NCBI GenBank assembly: GCA_047286285.1
Contig: JBJBBP010000001.1
Coordinates: forward strand, 9,149-73,148
Reading direction: 5' to 3'
DNA length: 64,000 bases
Source of the DNA: Synechococcus sp.
GTDB lineage: Bacteria > Cyanobacteriota > Cyanobacteriia > PCC-6307 > Cyanobiaceae
Positions 46,769-55,128 of this stretch are shown piece by piece. Each line of letters opens with the position of its first letter. Position 1 is the first letter of the stretch. The notes under the pieces are model-generated. The model saw nothing but the letters and a program-made list of their open reading frames with translations. It had not been told where the DNA came from and ran no database searches. The translations under genes and the position numbers were made by a program.

Positions 46769-47328
46769 ACCCACTCTGGTTTACGTGATGGGTCACGAAG
46801 ATAGTTGGTAGCAACCCAAGGTTTAGATGCAACATAACGTTTGTATGCAGTGAAGATATCAATACTTGTATCGTACTTGAACTCGTCAGGACCTGCAAAT
46901 GTAAAGGATGATGGTCTGTATGGACTAGGTGCAGAAGGTATGATAGTTGTTGCTTCTATCAATGTTTTTTCACAACTATGATTCTTACCATAGCGATGCT
47001 CATACTCATTACACAAAGCTAGACCATGTGCAAGTAACCACCATGTATTTTCTAAGCAATCGTTTGCCCATACAGTACATGGATGATTACGAAACGCACC
47101 TTTTTCTGTCTTGTATGCTTGACCATCAAGACGATGTAGATCACCGTAACTATGACCCCACTTGTCAGAGCAAACAATAGAAAGCATCTGACAGGTTTCT
47201 AGAGGCATCTTGACAATGTGTTTGTCAGGTAGATGTCTAGCAGACGTAGTAGGTGATGGGTCAGTTACGAAAATATTCAAGGTTCTAATGCGATGTAATA
47301 AGTTAAGTCTACATCGGTATTGACCCAT
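46765..47328 (-). CDS. Conserved hypothetical protein (187 aa as tracked); start uncertain
   Basis: NIFVTDPSPTTSARHLPDKHIVKMPLETCQML..NHPCTVW. ATG 47328 overlaps g45 by 52 nt. A TTG at 47280 (giving LNIFV..) forms a 4-nt TTGA overlap with the g45 stop. Confidence 0.65.
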   Translation of the reverse strand: MGQYRCRLNLLHRIRTLNIFVTDPSPTTSARHLPDKHIVKMPLETCQMLSIVCSDKWGHSYGDLHRLDGQAYKTEKGAFRNHPCTVWANDCLENTWWLLAHGLALCNEYEHRYGKNHSCEKTLIEATTIIPSAPSPYRPSSFTFAGPDEFKYDTSIDIFTAYKRYVASKPWVATNYLRDPSRKPEWV

Positions 47329-47948
47329 TCGGAAATCAAATGTTTAGAAACCTTGACAGTATAGTCACCTGGTAAAACACGAATGTTTTCAATCTTGAGA
47401 TCAAGAGAAAAGGTGCCAGTACAATCACCACCCACGGTGATATCGTAAGTATTACTGGTATCATTTTCTTTATCCCTAAGAATAAGTTTGATAGTGTCGG
47501 ATCCTTCTTCAGAATAGAAAGTAAGATCAGGTAAACTGTAAATAGCAGATGCTTTTTGTAGTGCTAGAAGATCATCACTAGAAAGATTGAACTCAAGATC
47601 AGAGCCAGGAAAGTTTACGTTTCTTTCTGGTGCAGACTTAAGTGTAATCTCAGGATCAGAGAAGTAGTACTTAGCAGACTGGCGACCACCTTTGATGTTC
47701 ACAAAATCAGAAGTTGTGAACTCTAGTTGTGGATCATTGAACAATGAGATGCCACTAAGGAACTGACTAAGATCATAGATTGCAAAATCAGAAGGAAAGA
47801 TTTCTTCGCCAGTAAATTTTGCTAGAATGTTTTCTGCATTGGAGATTGTTCTTACAGTGCTTCCTTTACGAAAGACGATTGAAGAATTGATAGTGCTGAA
47901 GTTTTTAAGAACGTCAAGCGTTTTTTTAGATAGTGTTACTTTGCTCAT
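47277..47948 (-). CDS. g45: Sliding clamp (T4 gp45)
   Basis: LSKKTLDVLKNFSTINSSIVFRKG..FAIYDLSQFLSGISL parallels T4 gp45 LSKDTTALLKNFATINSGIMLKSG..VAIYDLNGFLGILSL. Confidence 0.9.
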   Translation of the reverse strand: MSKVTLSKKTLDVLKNFSTINSSIVFRKGSTVRTISNAENILAKFTGEEIFPSDFAIYDLSQFLSGISLFNDPQLEFTTSDFVNIKGGRQSAKYYFSDPEITLKSAPERNVNFPGSDLEFNLSSDDLLALQKASAIYSLPDLTFYSEEGSDTIKLILRDKENDTSNTYDITVGGDCTGTFSLDLKIENIRVLPGDYTVKVSKHLISEWVNTDVDLTYYIALEP

Positions 47949-48256
47949 TTGTCATAATCAACTGAAAGGGATGTCGGTGTATTTGCGTTTAGTTCTGCTG
48001 CTCTAGCAGACTTATCGCTGAAGTGTAGAAGAAGAACTGCATAGTGAACAATCTTAAAAAGATCTTTTCTTGCTGTTCCTTTTCTATCATACCGTGAAGC
48101 ATATTTCAAAATGTTAGACCTACAGAATGCTTCAGCATCACCAACAGAGTCAATAAGATCCAATGTTTGAATCCCATGTTTGCTGTAGTGTGCACCGTAG
48201 GTGCTAGAGATATACTCTGAGATCTCTTTCAAGATCTCTTGTTCATTGTACTTCAA
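47945..48256 (-). CDS. DUF3310-like phage protein (103 aa)
   Basis: YGAHYSKHGIQTLDLIDSVGDAEAFCRSNILKYASRYDRKG fits the DUF3310 pattern as I recall it. The start is TTG in a TTGA overlap, with GGAG 8 nt upstream. Confidence 0.6.
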   Translation of the reverse strand: MKYNEQEILKEISEYISSTYGAHYSKHGIQTLDLIDSVGDAEAFCRSNILKYASRYDRKGTARKDLFKIVHYAVLLLHFSDKSARAAELNANTPTSLSVDYDK

Positions 48257-48438
48257 TTCTCACTCCAGACATGTTCTATGTCACCATGATAACATTGAAA
48301 AGTGTTTCCGTCAAGGTCAACAACATTAATTTTATGTGTTGCTTTCCATTCTTCTCCACCATCCCCAATGATACGGACACTCCTGCCGTCTTTGAGACGG
48401 AGGATGTGTCCAAGGTATCCATTAAATTTCTCTGTCAT
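48253..48438 (-). CDS. Small hypothetical protein (61 aa from ATG 48438)
   Basis: MTEKFNGYLGHILRLKDGRSVRIIGDGGEEWKATHKINVVDLDGNTFQCYHGDIEHVWSEN. The ATG lies 14 nt before the cobS stop. The longer track version would overlap cobS by 110 nt. Confidence 0.5.
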   Translation of the reverse strand: MTEKFNGYLGHILRLKDGRSVRIIGDGGEEWKATHKINVVDLDGNTFQCYHGDIEHVWSEN

Positions 48439-49522
48439 TCTTGTCCTCCTCATTAAGGTCAACTCCAGCATCAATCTTATCATACAACTCAATGAAGGAT
48501 TGCTTAGTCTCTTCATCAAAACGATTGACACAAACTTTGATAGCTTTCACACGGTTGTTCCAGATAGCATATGCTCTCATGATGTGAACAAGTCTACGAG
48601 TAGAGATAACTTCATCAATACCACCGTCTTTGAAAGTTCTACGGATGATGTCTGCCCAGTTAGCAAGGTTTTTGCAGAACTCCTCATCGTGCTTACCAAC
48701 AGATGCAGCAACACTGACGAGAATCTTAGTTTCAGTAGCAGGTGTAGGATACTCTTGCTCAAATGTCAAAGCAAATCTCTCAAGGAATGCTTCATTAAGA
48801 ACGTTAGTACCGATGAACCTACCATCATCAGAACCTTTACCTTTAGTATTGGCAGTAGCAATAACGTTGAATCCTGCAGCAGGTTTGATGTACTTACCAA
48901 TCTTCTTGAGGAAGATACCCTTGCCTTCAAGAACAGATTGCAAACAAAGAATCTTGTTAGATGCAAGATCAACTTCATCTAGAAGTAGTACAGCTCCCCT
49001 TTCCAGAGCTTCAACCACAGGTCCGTTGTGCCAAACAGTGTTGCCATTAACAAGACGAAACCCGCCAATAAGATCATCTTCGTCGGTTTCAATTGTGATG
49101 TTTACACGAATCAACTCTCTATTTAGAGTTGCACATGCTTGCTCAACAGAGAATGTTTTACCATTACCTGACATACCAGTGATGAAAACTGGGTAGAACA
49201 ATTTAGACTGGATAACTTTCTTTACATCAGGAAAGTTACCGAAAGGAACATAACCATCATCCTTAGCAGGAATCAAGTTTTGTACAACTGCAGGCATAGC
49301 AGCAGGAGCATTGAAAGTTTGCTCAAGTTTTTCTTGAACAGTAAGATTCCACTTACCAATGCCTTGCTTATAAGACTTGAGTCTCTTCTTGACAGTAGCA
49401 AGAGAACAGTTGAAGTGCTCAGATGCTTCAAATAAAGCTTTAGTGTTTACTTCAGCACCTACCTTATCAGAAAGGTATGTAACGAGATCTTCAGTAGTAA
49501 CAGGAACGGGTTCAAAAGGCAT
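48422..49522 (-). CDS. cobS: CobS-type AAA+ ATPase (MoxR/cobaltochelatase small-subunit family), a cyanophage auxiliary gene
   Basis: 366 aa. Walker A GMSGNGKT, Walker B VLLLDEVD, AAA+ core with a C-terminal lid. Confidence 0.85.
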   Translation of the reverse strand: MPFEPVPVTTEDLVTYLSDKVGAEVNTKALFEASEHFNCSLATVKKRLKSYKQGIGKWNLTVQEKLEQTFNAPAAMPAVVQNLIPAKDDGYVPFGNFPDVKKVIQSKLFYPVFITGMSGNGKTFSVEQACATLNRELIRVNITIETDEDDLIGGFRLVNGNTVWHNGPVVEALERGAVLLLDEVDLASNKILCLQSVLEGKGIFLKKIGKYIKPAAGFNVIATANTKGKGSDDGRFIGTNVLNEAFLERFALTFEQEYPTPATETKILVSVAASVGKHDEEFCKNLANWADIIRRTFKDGGIDEVISTRRLVHIMRAYAIWNNRVKAIKVCVNRFDEETKQSFIELYDKIDAGVDLNEEDKNDREI

Positions 49523-49560
49523 CGGATTAAAAAAGGATTTGGTTTGTTGTGTATGAATAT

Positions 49561-49589
49561 AGTATAGGGTGTGGTGGGGTTGTGTTCAA
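49561..49589 (-). promoter_or_regulatory. Weak sigma70-like promoter candidate TTGAAC-N17-TATACT upstream of cobS
   Basis: On the minus strand the -35 is at 49589..49584 (inside the hairpin) and the -10 at 49566..49561. 38 nt lie between the -10 and the cobS ATG. Confidence 0.3.
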
Positions 49590-49615
49590 CCCCTTGTGTG
49601 CCACTTTGTCAACTG
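49576..49615 (-). repeat. Gene-boundary element copy A: CAGTTGA-CAA-AGTGGCACA-CA-AGG plus a 7-bp hairpin
   Basis: The minus-strand motif spans 49615..49592 and includes the last codon and TGA of the 723-aa ORF. The hairpin GGGGTTG-AACA-CAACCCC is at 49593..49576. Confidence 0.6.
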
Positions 49616-51780
49616 ACATACCCTATGAAAGAACTGAGTAGTTTTTTGTTGGTGGATTTGTTACCAAGCATTTTTTTGAATGCTCTGGAGATCTCACCTT
49701 TTTGAGCACCAGACTCAACATTGAACTCAACATCTTTGTTCAATGATTTACCATTGATAGCGTACAATGCACTGTAAGCTTTTGGATTTCTGATAATAGC
49801 AGACTTCTCTTTCTTCCATTGTTTTTGAATTTCGCTATAACCTTCGTAAGATGCATAACGTCCAACAAAATTGGAAAGTGAAGAACCATCAAGAATACGG
49901 AAACCGATAACATTTACAGCAGGATTGCGGTCACGCAACTGTTGAATGAAGATGTTGGTAATGTTGTCATACTCAAACCCTTCATAAGTGCGACCAGTTT
50001 TACGGTCACGAAGAACTGCTGACCAATCAAGACGTGAGACACGAATCTTATACTCGTCTTGGTATTCATCATAAATCTCTCTACCGTATCCAGTTGTGCA
50101 TCCTTCACCATCAGACAAGATGCAAAGGTTTACTTTCTGGAGATCATTCTGTTTCTGGAAATTAGGAATGATGTAATTCATCATAACGATTGCTTCATTC
50201 AAAGGAGTTCCAGAAAGTTGAAGACCCATTGTGTACTGATAACCAGTGTAGTTTCTGTAGTAGGAAGCTTCTCTCCAGAGATTCTTGCACATACGCTCAT
50301 AGTCTTTACCATTAGAACGAGATGAGATAAAGTTTACTAGGTGGAACCAGTCATCATTGATGTAAACAATGTTCTTCTCAGCATTCTCTTTCTTGTACTC
50401 ATAGTAATCAACATTCCTAGCATCATTCTGGATAGCACGTTCTGCAATAATCCAGTCATTAGTAAATCCATAAACCTCAAAAGGAATTTGAACTTTTCTA
50501 CAGAATGCAGTTAGGTTAAGTAATTGTTTTACAGTTGAAAGAATCTCATTCTGCATAGAACCAGACCAATCAAGAAGGAATAGAAGACCGTGATTCTTAC
50601 CATCAGGAAGAACAGTTATTTTTTTGAAGATGTCTTCGTTATAAAGATAAGTATGTAACTTTGTAGTATCAAGCACACCAGTTTTAGATTGACCAGAACG
50701 AGCATAAGCGTCAGCAGACTTACGGCACTCAAATTCTTTAACAAGATAGTTTACCTCCTTCTGAGACTGCTTACGGAAAGTTCTGTAATTGCTGTCAACA
50801 TCAGCGTAAACTACTGGATCGTTTGATTGACTATCAATCCAATCGTGAAGTTTTTTCCAGTCAACAATATGTTTATCTAGGTCAACTTTCTCAGGAATTT
50901 CAACATAAGTTAGATTTTTTGCGTCACGAGAAGAAAGTTTTTCCGATGCATCGTCAAAAGAACGTTGAGTTTTAGATGTAGTACCACCTTCAGAACCTGC
51001 TGCATCATCTTCTTCATCTTCATCATCCCAATCATCAATGTAATCCTCTTCCTCTTGATCTACAGAGTTGTCAACTTTGTGATTAGCATTAGAAGATGAT
51101 CCACCTGCTGATGGTTGTGCATTAGGTTGATCTTCTTCAGATTGATCTCCTTGATCAGATTGCTGACCTTCAGATCCTTCACTGCTGTTAGAATTAGATT
51201 GCTCAGGAGCAATTGAAATTTCTTGCTCTGCAACTTTTTCTTGCTGACTAAATGCATGTACATCTTGAGCGATCTGCAATACCTCTTCAAAGGTTTCAGC
51301 AAGATCAGTACGTGCAACGAATAGCTGTTCCTCAATAGAGAATGGAATCATTGCTCTAGCACCAATCTTGAAGTGAAGATTGATACGGTCAATCAAACTG
51401 AAGGTGCTGAGATCTTCACCTTGAACACTGAAGAAATCCATGTCATGAAGTTCTTTGTAACCACCTGCAAAAGACTTGTTAAGACCTGGAAACTTACGCT
51501 TCATAAGTTTCTCGATACGTGCATCTTCGATGACGTTAACAAAATCTTTAGGGCAATCTGCGATATCTCTCCAGTCTTCGTTAGGTGTGAACAATGCATG
51601 TCCTACCTCATGACCTACTAGCATGTCATATACTGTGCTAGATGCTTTATCCCACATTGGCAATGTCAATACACGACGGTCAACGTCAAACATTGCAGTA
51701 GGAACCTTGCGGTGCTCTACAATTAGATTTTCTGTAGCAAGTAGTCTTGCAAGGTTACCTTTGATTTCTTGGGTTTGCAT
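49609..51780 (-). CDS. VWA-domain protein with an N-terminal HExxH metallopeptidase-like motif and a long acidic linker (CobT-like / DUF2201-like partner of the AAA+ ATPase)
   Basis: 723 aa. HEVGH (aa 57-61, nt 51598..51612) plus downstream IEDARIE. Asp/Glu/Ser-rich stretch aa ~195-265. MIDAS motif DWSGS (aa 404-408, nt 50557..50571). The MIDAS codons and the first four HEVGH codons (His57-Gly60) were read directly in the DNA. Confidence 0.8.
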   Translation of the reverse strand: MQTQEIKGNLARLLATENLIVEHRKVPTAMFDVDRRVLTLPMWDKASSTVYDMLVGHEVGHALFTPNEDWRDIADCPKDFVNVIEDARIEKLMKRKFPGLNKSFAGGYKELHDMDFFSVQGEDLSTFSLIDRINLHFKIGARAMIPFSIEEQLFVARTDLAETFEEVLQIAQDVHAFSQQEKVAEQEISIAPEQSNSNSSEGSEGQQSDQGDQSEEDQPNAQPSAGGSSSNANHKVDNSVDQEEEDYIDDWDDEDEEDDAAGSEGGTTSKTQRSFDDASEKLSSRDAKNLTYVEIPEKVDLDKHIVDWKKLHDWIDSQSNDPVVYADVDSNYRTFRKQSQKEVNYLVKEFECRKSADAYARSGQSKTGVLDTTKLHTYLYNEDIFKKITVLPDGKNHGLLFLLDWSGSMQNEILSTVKQLLNLTAFCRKVQIPFEVYGFTNDWIIAERAIQNDARNVDYYEYKKENAEKNIVYINDDWFHLVNFISSRSNGKDYERMCKNLWREASYYRNYTGYQYTMGLQLSGTPLNEAIVMMNYIIPNFQKQNDLQKVNLCILSDGEGCTTGYGREIYDEYQDEYKIRVSRLDWSAVLRDRKTGRTYEGFEYDNITNIFIQQLRDRNPAVNVIGFRILDGSSLSNFVGRYASYEGYSEIQKQWKKEKSAIIRNPKAYSALYAINGKSLNKDVEFNVESGAQKGEISRAFKKMLGNKSTNKKLLSSFIGYVS

Positions 51781-51818
51781 AGGTCTCTGTGTCTGATGTA
51801 TACATCATAACAAAGAAC

Positions 51819-51857
51819 AGGACTATGTAATCAGTCCTTGTGCCACTAATTCAACTG
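51819..51857 (-). repeat. Gene-boundary element copy B: CAGTTGA-ATT-AGTGGCACA-AGG plus a 6-bp hairpin
   Basis: The minus-strand motif spans 51857..51836 and includes the last codon and TGA of the 2OG oxygenase ORF. The hairpin AGGACT-GATTACAT-AGTCCT is at 51838..51819. Confidence 0.6.
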
Positions 51858-52435
51858 TCCACACATACATTAAATGCTATGGAAATTCTATTTTCATTTG
51901 ATTTACTTGGAGTTACCATGTGCTCTAAGTATGATGGAAACAATAGGAGAGTTCCTTCTACTAGATGATACCCAAAAGCTTTTGGTTGATCTTCTTCAAA
52001 TGCTGAAGCAACTATAGAAATTTTTCTAGGGTCAAAGAATACAATTTCTCCACTGTCTTCTGGAACTTTTACATAATAAACACCAGAAAGATCTGTTCCT
52101 ACATGATCATGAACAAAATTCCAATCTCCTTTTTCATTGACGTTTGCCCAAGAAGTGATTGAGAGTTTTGTTTCTTCTGTTATTTTTAATTTAGTTACCC
52201 TAAGAGTTTGTAGTATAGTTTCTATATAGTTTTTAAAAATAGGTTCATCTTGATGGTTATCAATATTTGCTTGCCATCCACCTTGATTAGTTAAATTTCT
52301 ACTCTCTGTTGTTTTTTTATAATTTAAAATCCATTCGGATATTTTTTCATTATCAATATTATCAACCACTGTCCTATACAAATACGTTGGCCACAGTTGA
52401 GATACTTCAACATTTTTTGTTGGATCAAAAATCAT
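51851..52435 (-). CDS. 2OG-Fe(II) oxygenase-superfamily protein (TIGR02466-like)
   Basis: NFVHDHVGTDLSGVYYVKVPEDSGEIVFFDPR..LLFPSYLEHMVTPS..RISIAFNV. The start was re-set to ATG 52435 (MIFDPTKN), 1 nt after the upstream TAA. Confidence 0.8.
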   Translation of the reverse strand: MIFDPTKNVEVSQLWPTYLYRTVVDNIDNEKISEWILNYKKTTESRNLTNQGGWQANIDNHQDEPIFKNYIETILQTLRVTKLKITEETKLSITSWANVNEKGDWNFVHDHVGTDLSGVYYVKVPEDSGEIVFFDPRKISIVASAFEEDQPKAFGYHLVEGTLLLFPSYLEHMVTPSKSNENRISIAFNVCVDS

Positions 52436-52436
52436 T

Positions 52437-53078
52437 TTAATAATGGAACATTGAATCAGACGAACCTTGCAATCCTTTTGGCATGACATTAAGTGCTAAA
52501 GAACGTCTCAACTTATCATTTTTTCCATGCAGAATCTGATGAAATACTTGACTAGGAAATAAAAGAATCATACCCTTTGCAGGATGCACATTGAATGCAC
52601 TACTATTCATGTAATTATGTTGTTGTGGTTCTACCCAAATTTGTTGCATCTCCTGTGTAAAATGAATTGCTGAAGAAGTGTCATCATATTCATCAAAATA
52701 AATTACAGAACTCCACCAAGAATTTGTATGTTTATGTTGCCTACACTGTCCATCTTTTTCAGTAATAGTAAACCAAGATGTTGTTATCTGTAATTCTGTA
52801 TTAAATCCCAACATTCCTAATCCACTATAACAATAATTTAAAAGATATTTTTTTAAATCTTCATCTTTATTGAGAACATATTTATCACTAGAAGCTCCAT
52901 TGTTTACTGATCCAGAATCTGGTGTATCTCTAAACCATTCTGTGTTGTCTGCTAGTTTTTGTAATTTAATACAAGCTTCTTCATCAATAAATGAAATTGA
53001 AATTGGTTTTGGAAACAATGGTGTGATATTCCATTTAAGTTTAGTTTCTCTGTCGTCAATGTTTATGGGATCGAACAT
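52437..53078 (-). CDS. 2OG-Fe(II) oxygenase-superfamily protein, tandem paralog
   Basis: CRQHKHTNSWWSSVIYF..ILLFPSQVFHQILHG..RRSLALNV. Same architecture as the downstream neighbour. Confidence 0.75.
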   Translation of the reverse strand: MFDPINIDDRETKLKWNITPLFPKPISISFIDEEACIKLQKLADNTEWFRDTPDSGSVNNGASSDKYVLNKDEDLKKYLLNYCYSGLGMLGFNTELQITTSWFTITEKDGQCRQHKHTNSWWSSVIYFDEYDDTSSAIHFTQEMQQIWVEPQQHNYMNSSAFNVHPAKGMILLFPSQVFHQILHGKNDKLRRSLALNVMPKGLQGSSDSMFHY

Positions 53079-53116
53079 GATAAAAATGATATAGAATATT
53101 ATAAAGGAAGAACTGG

Positions 53117-54862
53117 TTATCCAACCAATCCATGTGTCACTTCATTGACTGTCTGAGTTAGAGTAGAATAATTTTTTACCTTTTCCACAGTGATAGTTCT
53201 ATCAAATTTATCATCAAGTCCTTGTTTGTGACTGATAACAAATACTTTAGTGCTCTCATCAAAGTTTCTAAGAATCCATCCTAAGTCTGATGTCCCAGAC
53301 TGATCAAGAGATCCGTCAAAGATCTCGTCGAGTATAAGGAGGTTAGTATCCACGCTATTCTTAAGCTTAGCAATACTACGCCAAGTGAGCAGAAGAGCGA
53401 TATCAATACGAGCTTTTTCGCCTTCACTGAAACTATCATAGGAAAATACGTCACGGTATCTAGATTTGATTATCTCCTCAAAGTTCTCATCGAGAGTAAA
53501 ATTGACATAAAACTCCATCCTTTGTAAGAAATCGTTAATCAATTTATTCATGGTAGGAAGATAGGTCTTGATGATCCTAGTCTTGATACCATTGTCTTTG
53601 AGGAGTTGACCTGCTGTTATTAGAACATCACGATCTTGCTTTAAGGTAGCATGTTCTTTACTATAATCCTTCTTATTGTTTACAAGAAGTTGTAATTTAT
53701 CTAACTCTGCTTTTTTGTCAGGATTAGATCCTTCTAGTTCCTTGATCTCATTCTCTAGAGATTCCATTTGTTTGCGAATTGTCAACAACTGGAAGTTTGT
53801 CTGTGAGATGGTGGTATTAATATTATTAACTTCTGTAGATAGATCAGTAAATTTATCTAACCTTTTTTGCTCATCAGAGATTGCTTTTTGAAGATCTTCA
53901 AAACCAATATTCATCTCATTGACCTTGTTTTTTCCTTCTTCTAGTTTCTCATTACGAAACTCTTCGGATAGCTCTTGTGTACACGTAGGACACACATAGT
54001 TGGACTCAAAGAATTTATTTTCCTTCTTACATGTGTTCATCTTATGTGTCAACTTGATCAAGTATGTGTTCAACTTGTTCAACTTTTGATTAGATGTAGA
54101 ATATTCCTGCATTTCTTTATTAAGATTACAGATTTGTTCTGTAAGAACTGATACTTCTTCAGCACCTTGTAGTTCTGTATTTTTATACTCGTTTATCTTT
54201 TCTTTCTTACGATCAATTTCTTCTTGAGTTTTCTTCTGTAAAGAAAGCATATGTTGTTTCTGTAACTCAATCTTATCTTTTAGTAGATCAAGTTGGTAAT
54301 CAACATCACGTAGCTCCTCATTATTAGTACGCATCTTATCCTTGAGAAGAACATTCATAGTAGAGAATACTTGGATGTCTAGGATGTCCTCAATGATGTC
54401 ACGACGTTGACCACCAGGCAACTTCATGAATGGAACAAATGTAGATGATCCCAACACCACAATCTGTGTGAATGACTTGTAGTTCATCTTGAGAACATTT
54501 GCTTCAAAGTTCTTTTGCTGTTCTACAACACTACTATCTTGATTCCATGCCTTTCCATTGCAGTAGATCTCAAACTTATTAGGTTTCATACCACGTACAA
54601 CTTTGTACTCTATCTTACCAATACGAAACTCAATCTCCACCACACAATCTTTTTCGTTGATACTATTGATCAACATACTCTTACTAATCTTACGAAAAGG
54701 TTTTGCAAACAGCGAAAAAGTAAGAGCATCCAAGATGGTGCTCTTACCTGCTCCGTTGCTTCCAACGATTAGATTTGTTCTACTTGATTCTAAATCAATT
54801 TCACTAAAAACATTACCCGTAGAAAGAAAGTTCTTCCAACGAATTTTTTCAAATACAATCAT
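53117..54862 (-). CDS. g46: Recombination endonuclease subunit (T4 gp46, Rad50/SbcC-like)
   Basis: Walker A GSNGAGKST, central coiled coil with a CPTC zinc hook, signature/Walker B LLILDEIFDG. Confidence 0.9.
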   Translation of the reverse strand: MIVFEKIRWKNFLSTGNVFSEIDLESSRTNLIVGSNGAGKSTILDALTFSLFAKPFRKISKSMLINSINEKDCVVEIEFRIGKIEYKVVRGMKPNKFEIYCNGKAWNQDSSVVEQQKNFEANVLKMNYKSFTQIVVLGSSTFVPFMKLPGGQRRDIIEDILDIQVFSTMNVLLKDKMRTNNEELRDVDYQLDLLKDKIELQKQHMLSLQKKTQEEIDRKKEKINEYKNTELQGAEEVSVLTEQICNLNKEMQEYSTSNQKLNKLNTYLIKLTHKMNTCKKENKFFESNYVCPTCTQELSEEFRNEKLEEGKNKVNEMNIGFEDLQKAISDEQKRLDKFTDLSTEVNNINTTISQTNFQLLTIRKQMESLENEIKELEGSNPDKKAELDKLQLLVNNKKDYSKEHATLKQDRDVLITAGQLLKDNGIKTRIIKTYLPTMNKLINDFLQRMEFYVNFTLDENFEEIIKSRYRDVFSYDSFSEGEKARIDIALLLTWRSIAKLKNSVDTNLLILDEIFDGSLDQSGTSDLGWILRNFDESTKVFVISHKQGLDDKFDRTITVEKVKNYSTLTQTVNEVTHGLVG

Positions 54863-55128
54863 TATTTGGGATCAGGTTCATCAGGTGGTATTAAAAAATC
54901 GTCAGGTGTAATTATGGAAAATCTTTGTCCACGATCTTGACATGCTCCTATTATAACATGATCTTCCATTTCCACAACCTGCATGTCTGGATAATCTTCT
55001 TCTTGTATCATCATCAAGTATCTTTCGGCATCATCAATCTGAGTCCAGATAGGAATAACACGAGTTTCATCATCATCAAAAACAGAAAACACACCTTCGG
55101 GATGGTTTGCTACAGTTAGGACGAACAT
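54862..55128 (-). CDS. Hypothetical acidic protein (88 aa) between g47 and g46
   Basis: ATG start. 1-nt overlaps (TGATG / TAATG) at both ends. Confidence 0.6.
   Translation of the reverse strand: MFVLTVANHPEGVFSVFDDDETRVIPIWTQIDDAERYLMMIQEEDYPDMQVVEMEDHVIIGACQDRGQRFSIITPDDFLIPPDEPDPK

Noticed and set aside
48302-49196. Long plus-strand ORFs (226 aa at 48302..48982 and 188 aa at 48630..49196) antisense to cobS.
   Set aside because: These are shadow ORFs. They lie entirely antisense to a gene with clear AAA+ motifs, their translations are Ser/Leu/Arg-rich low-information sequence, and no plus-strand start context or promoter is present.
53098-53103. Exact TATAAT (minus strand) in the gap upstream of the 2OG oxygenase gene 52437..53078.
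   Set aside because: No acceptable -35 hexamer lies at 15-18 nt (GGTTGG / TTGGAT). An isolated TATAAT is expected by chance in AT-rich DNA.
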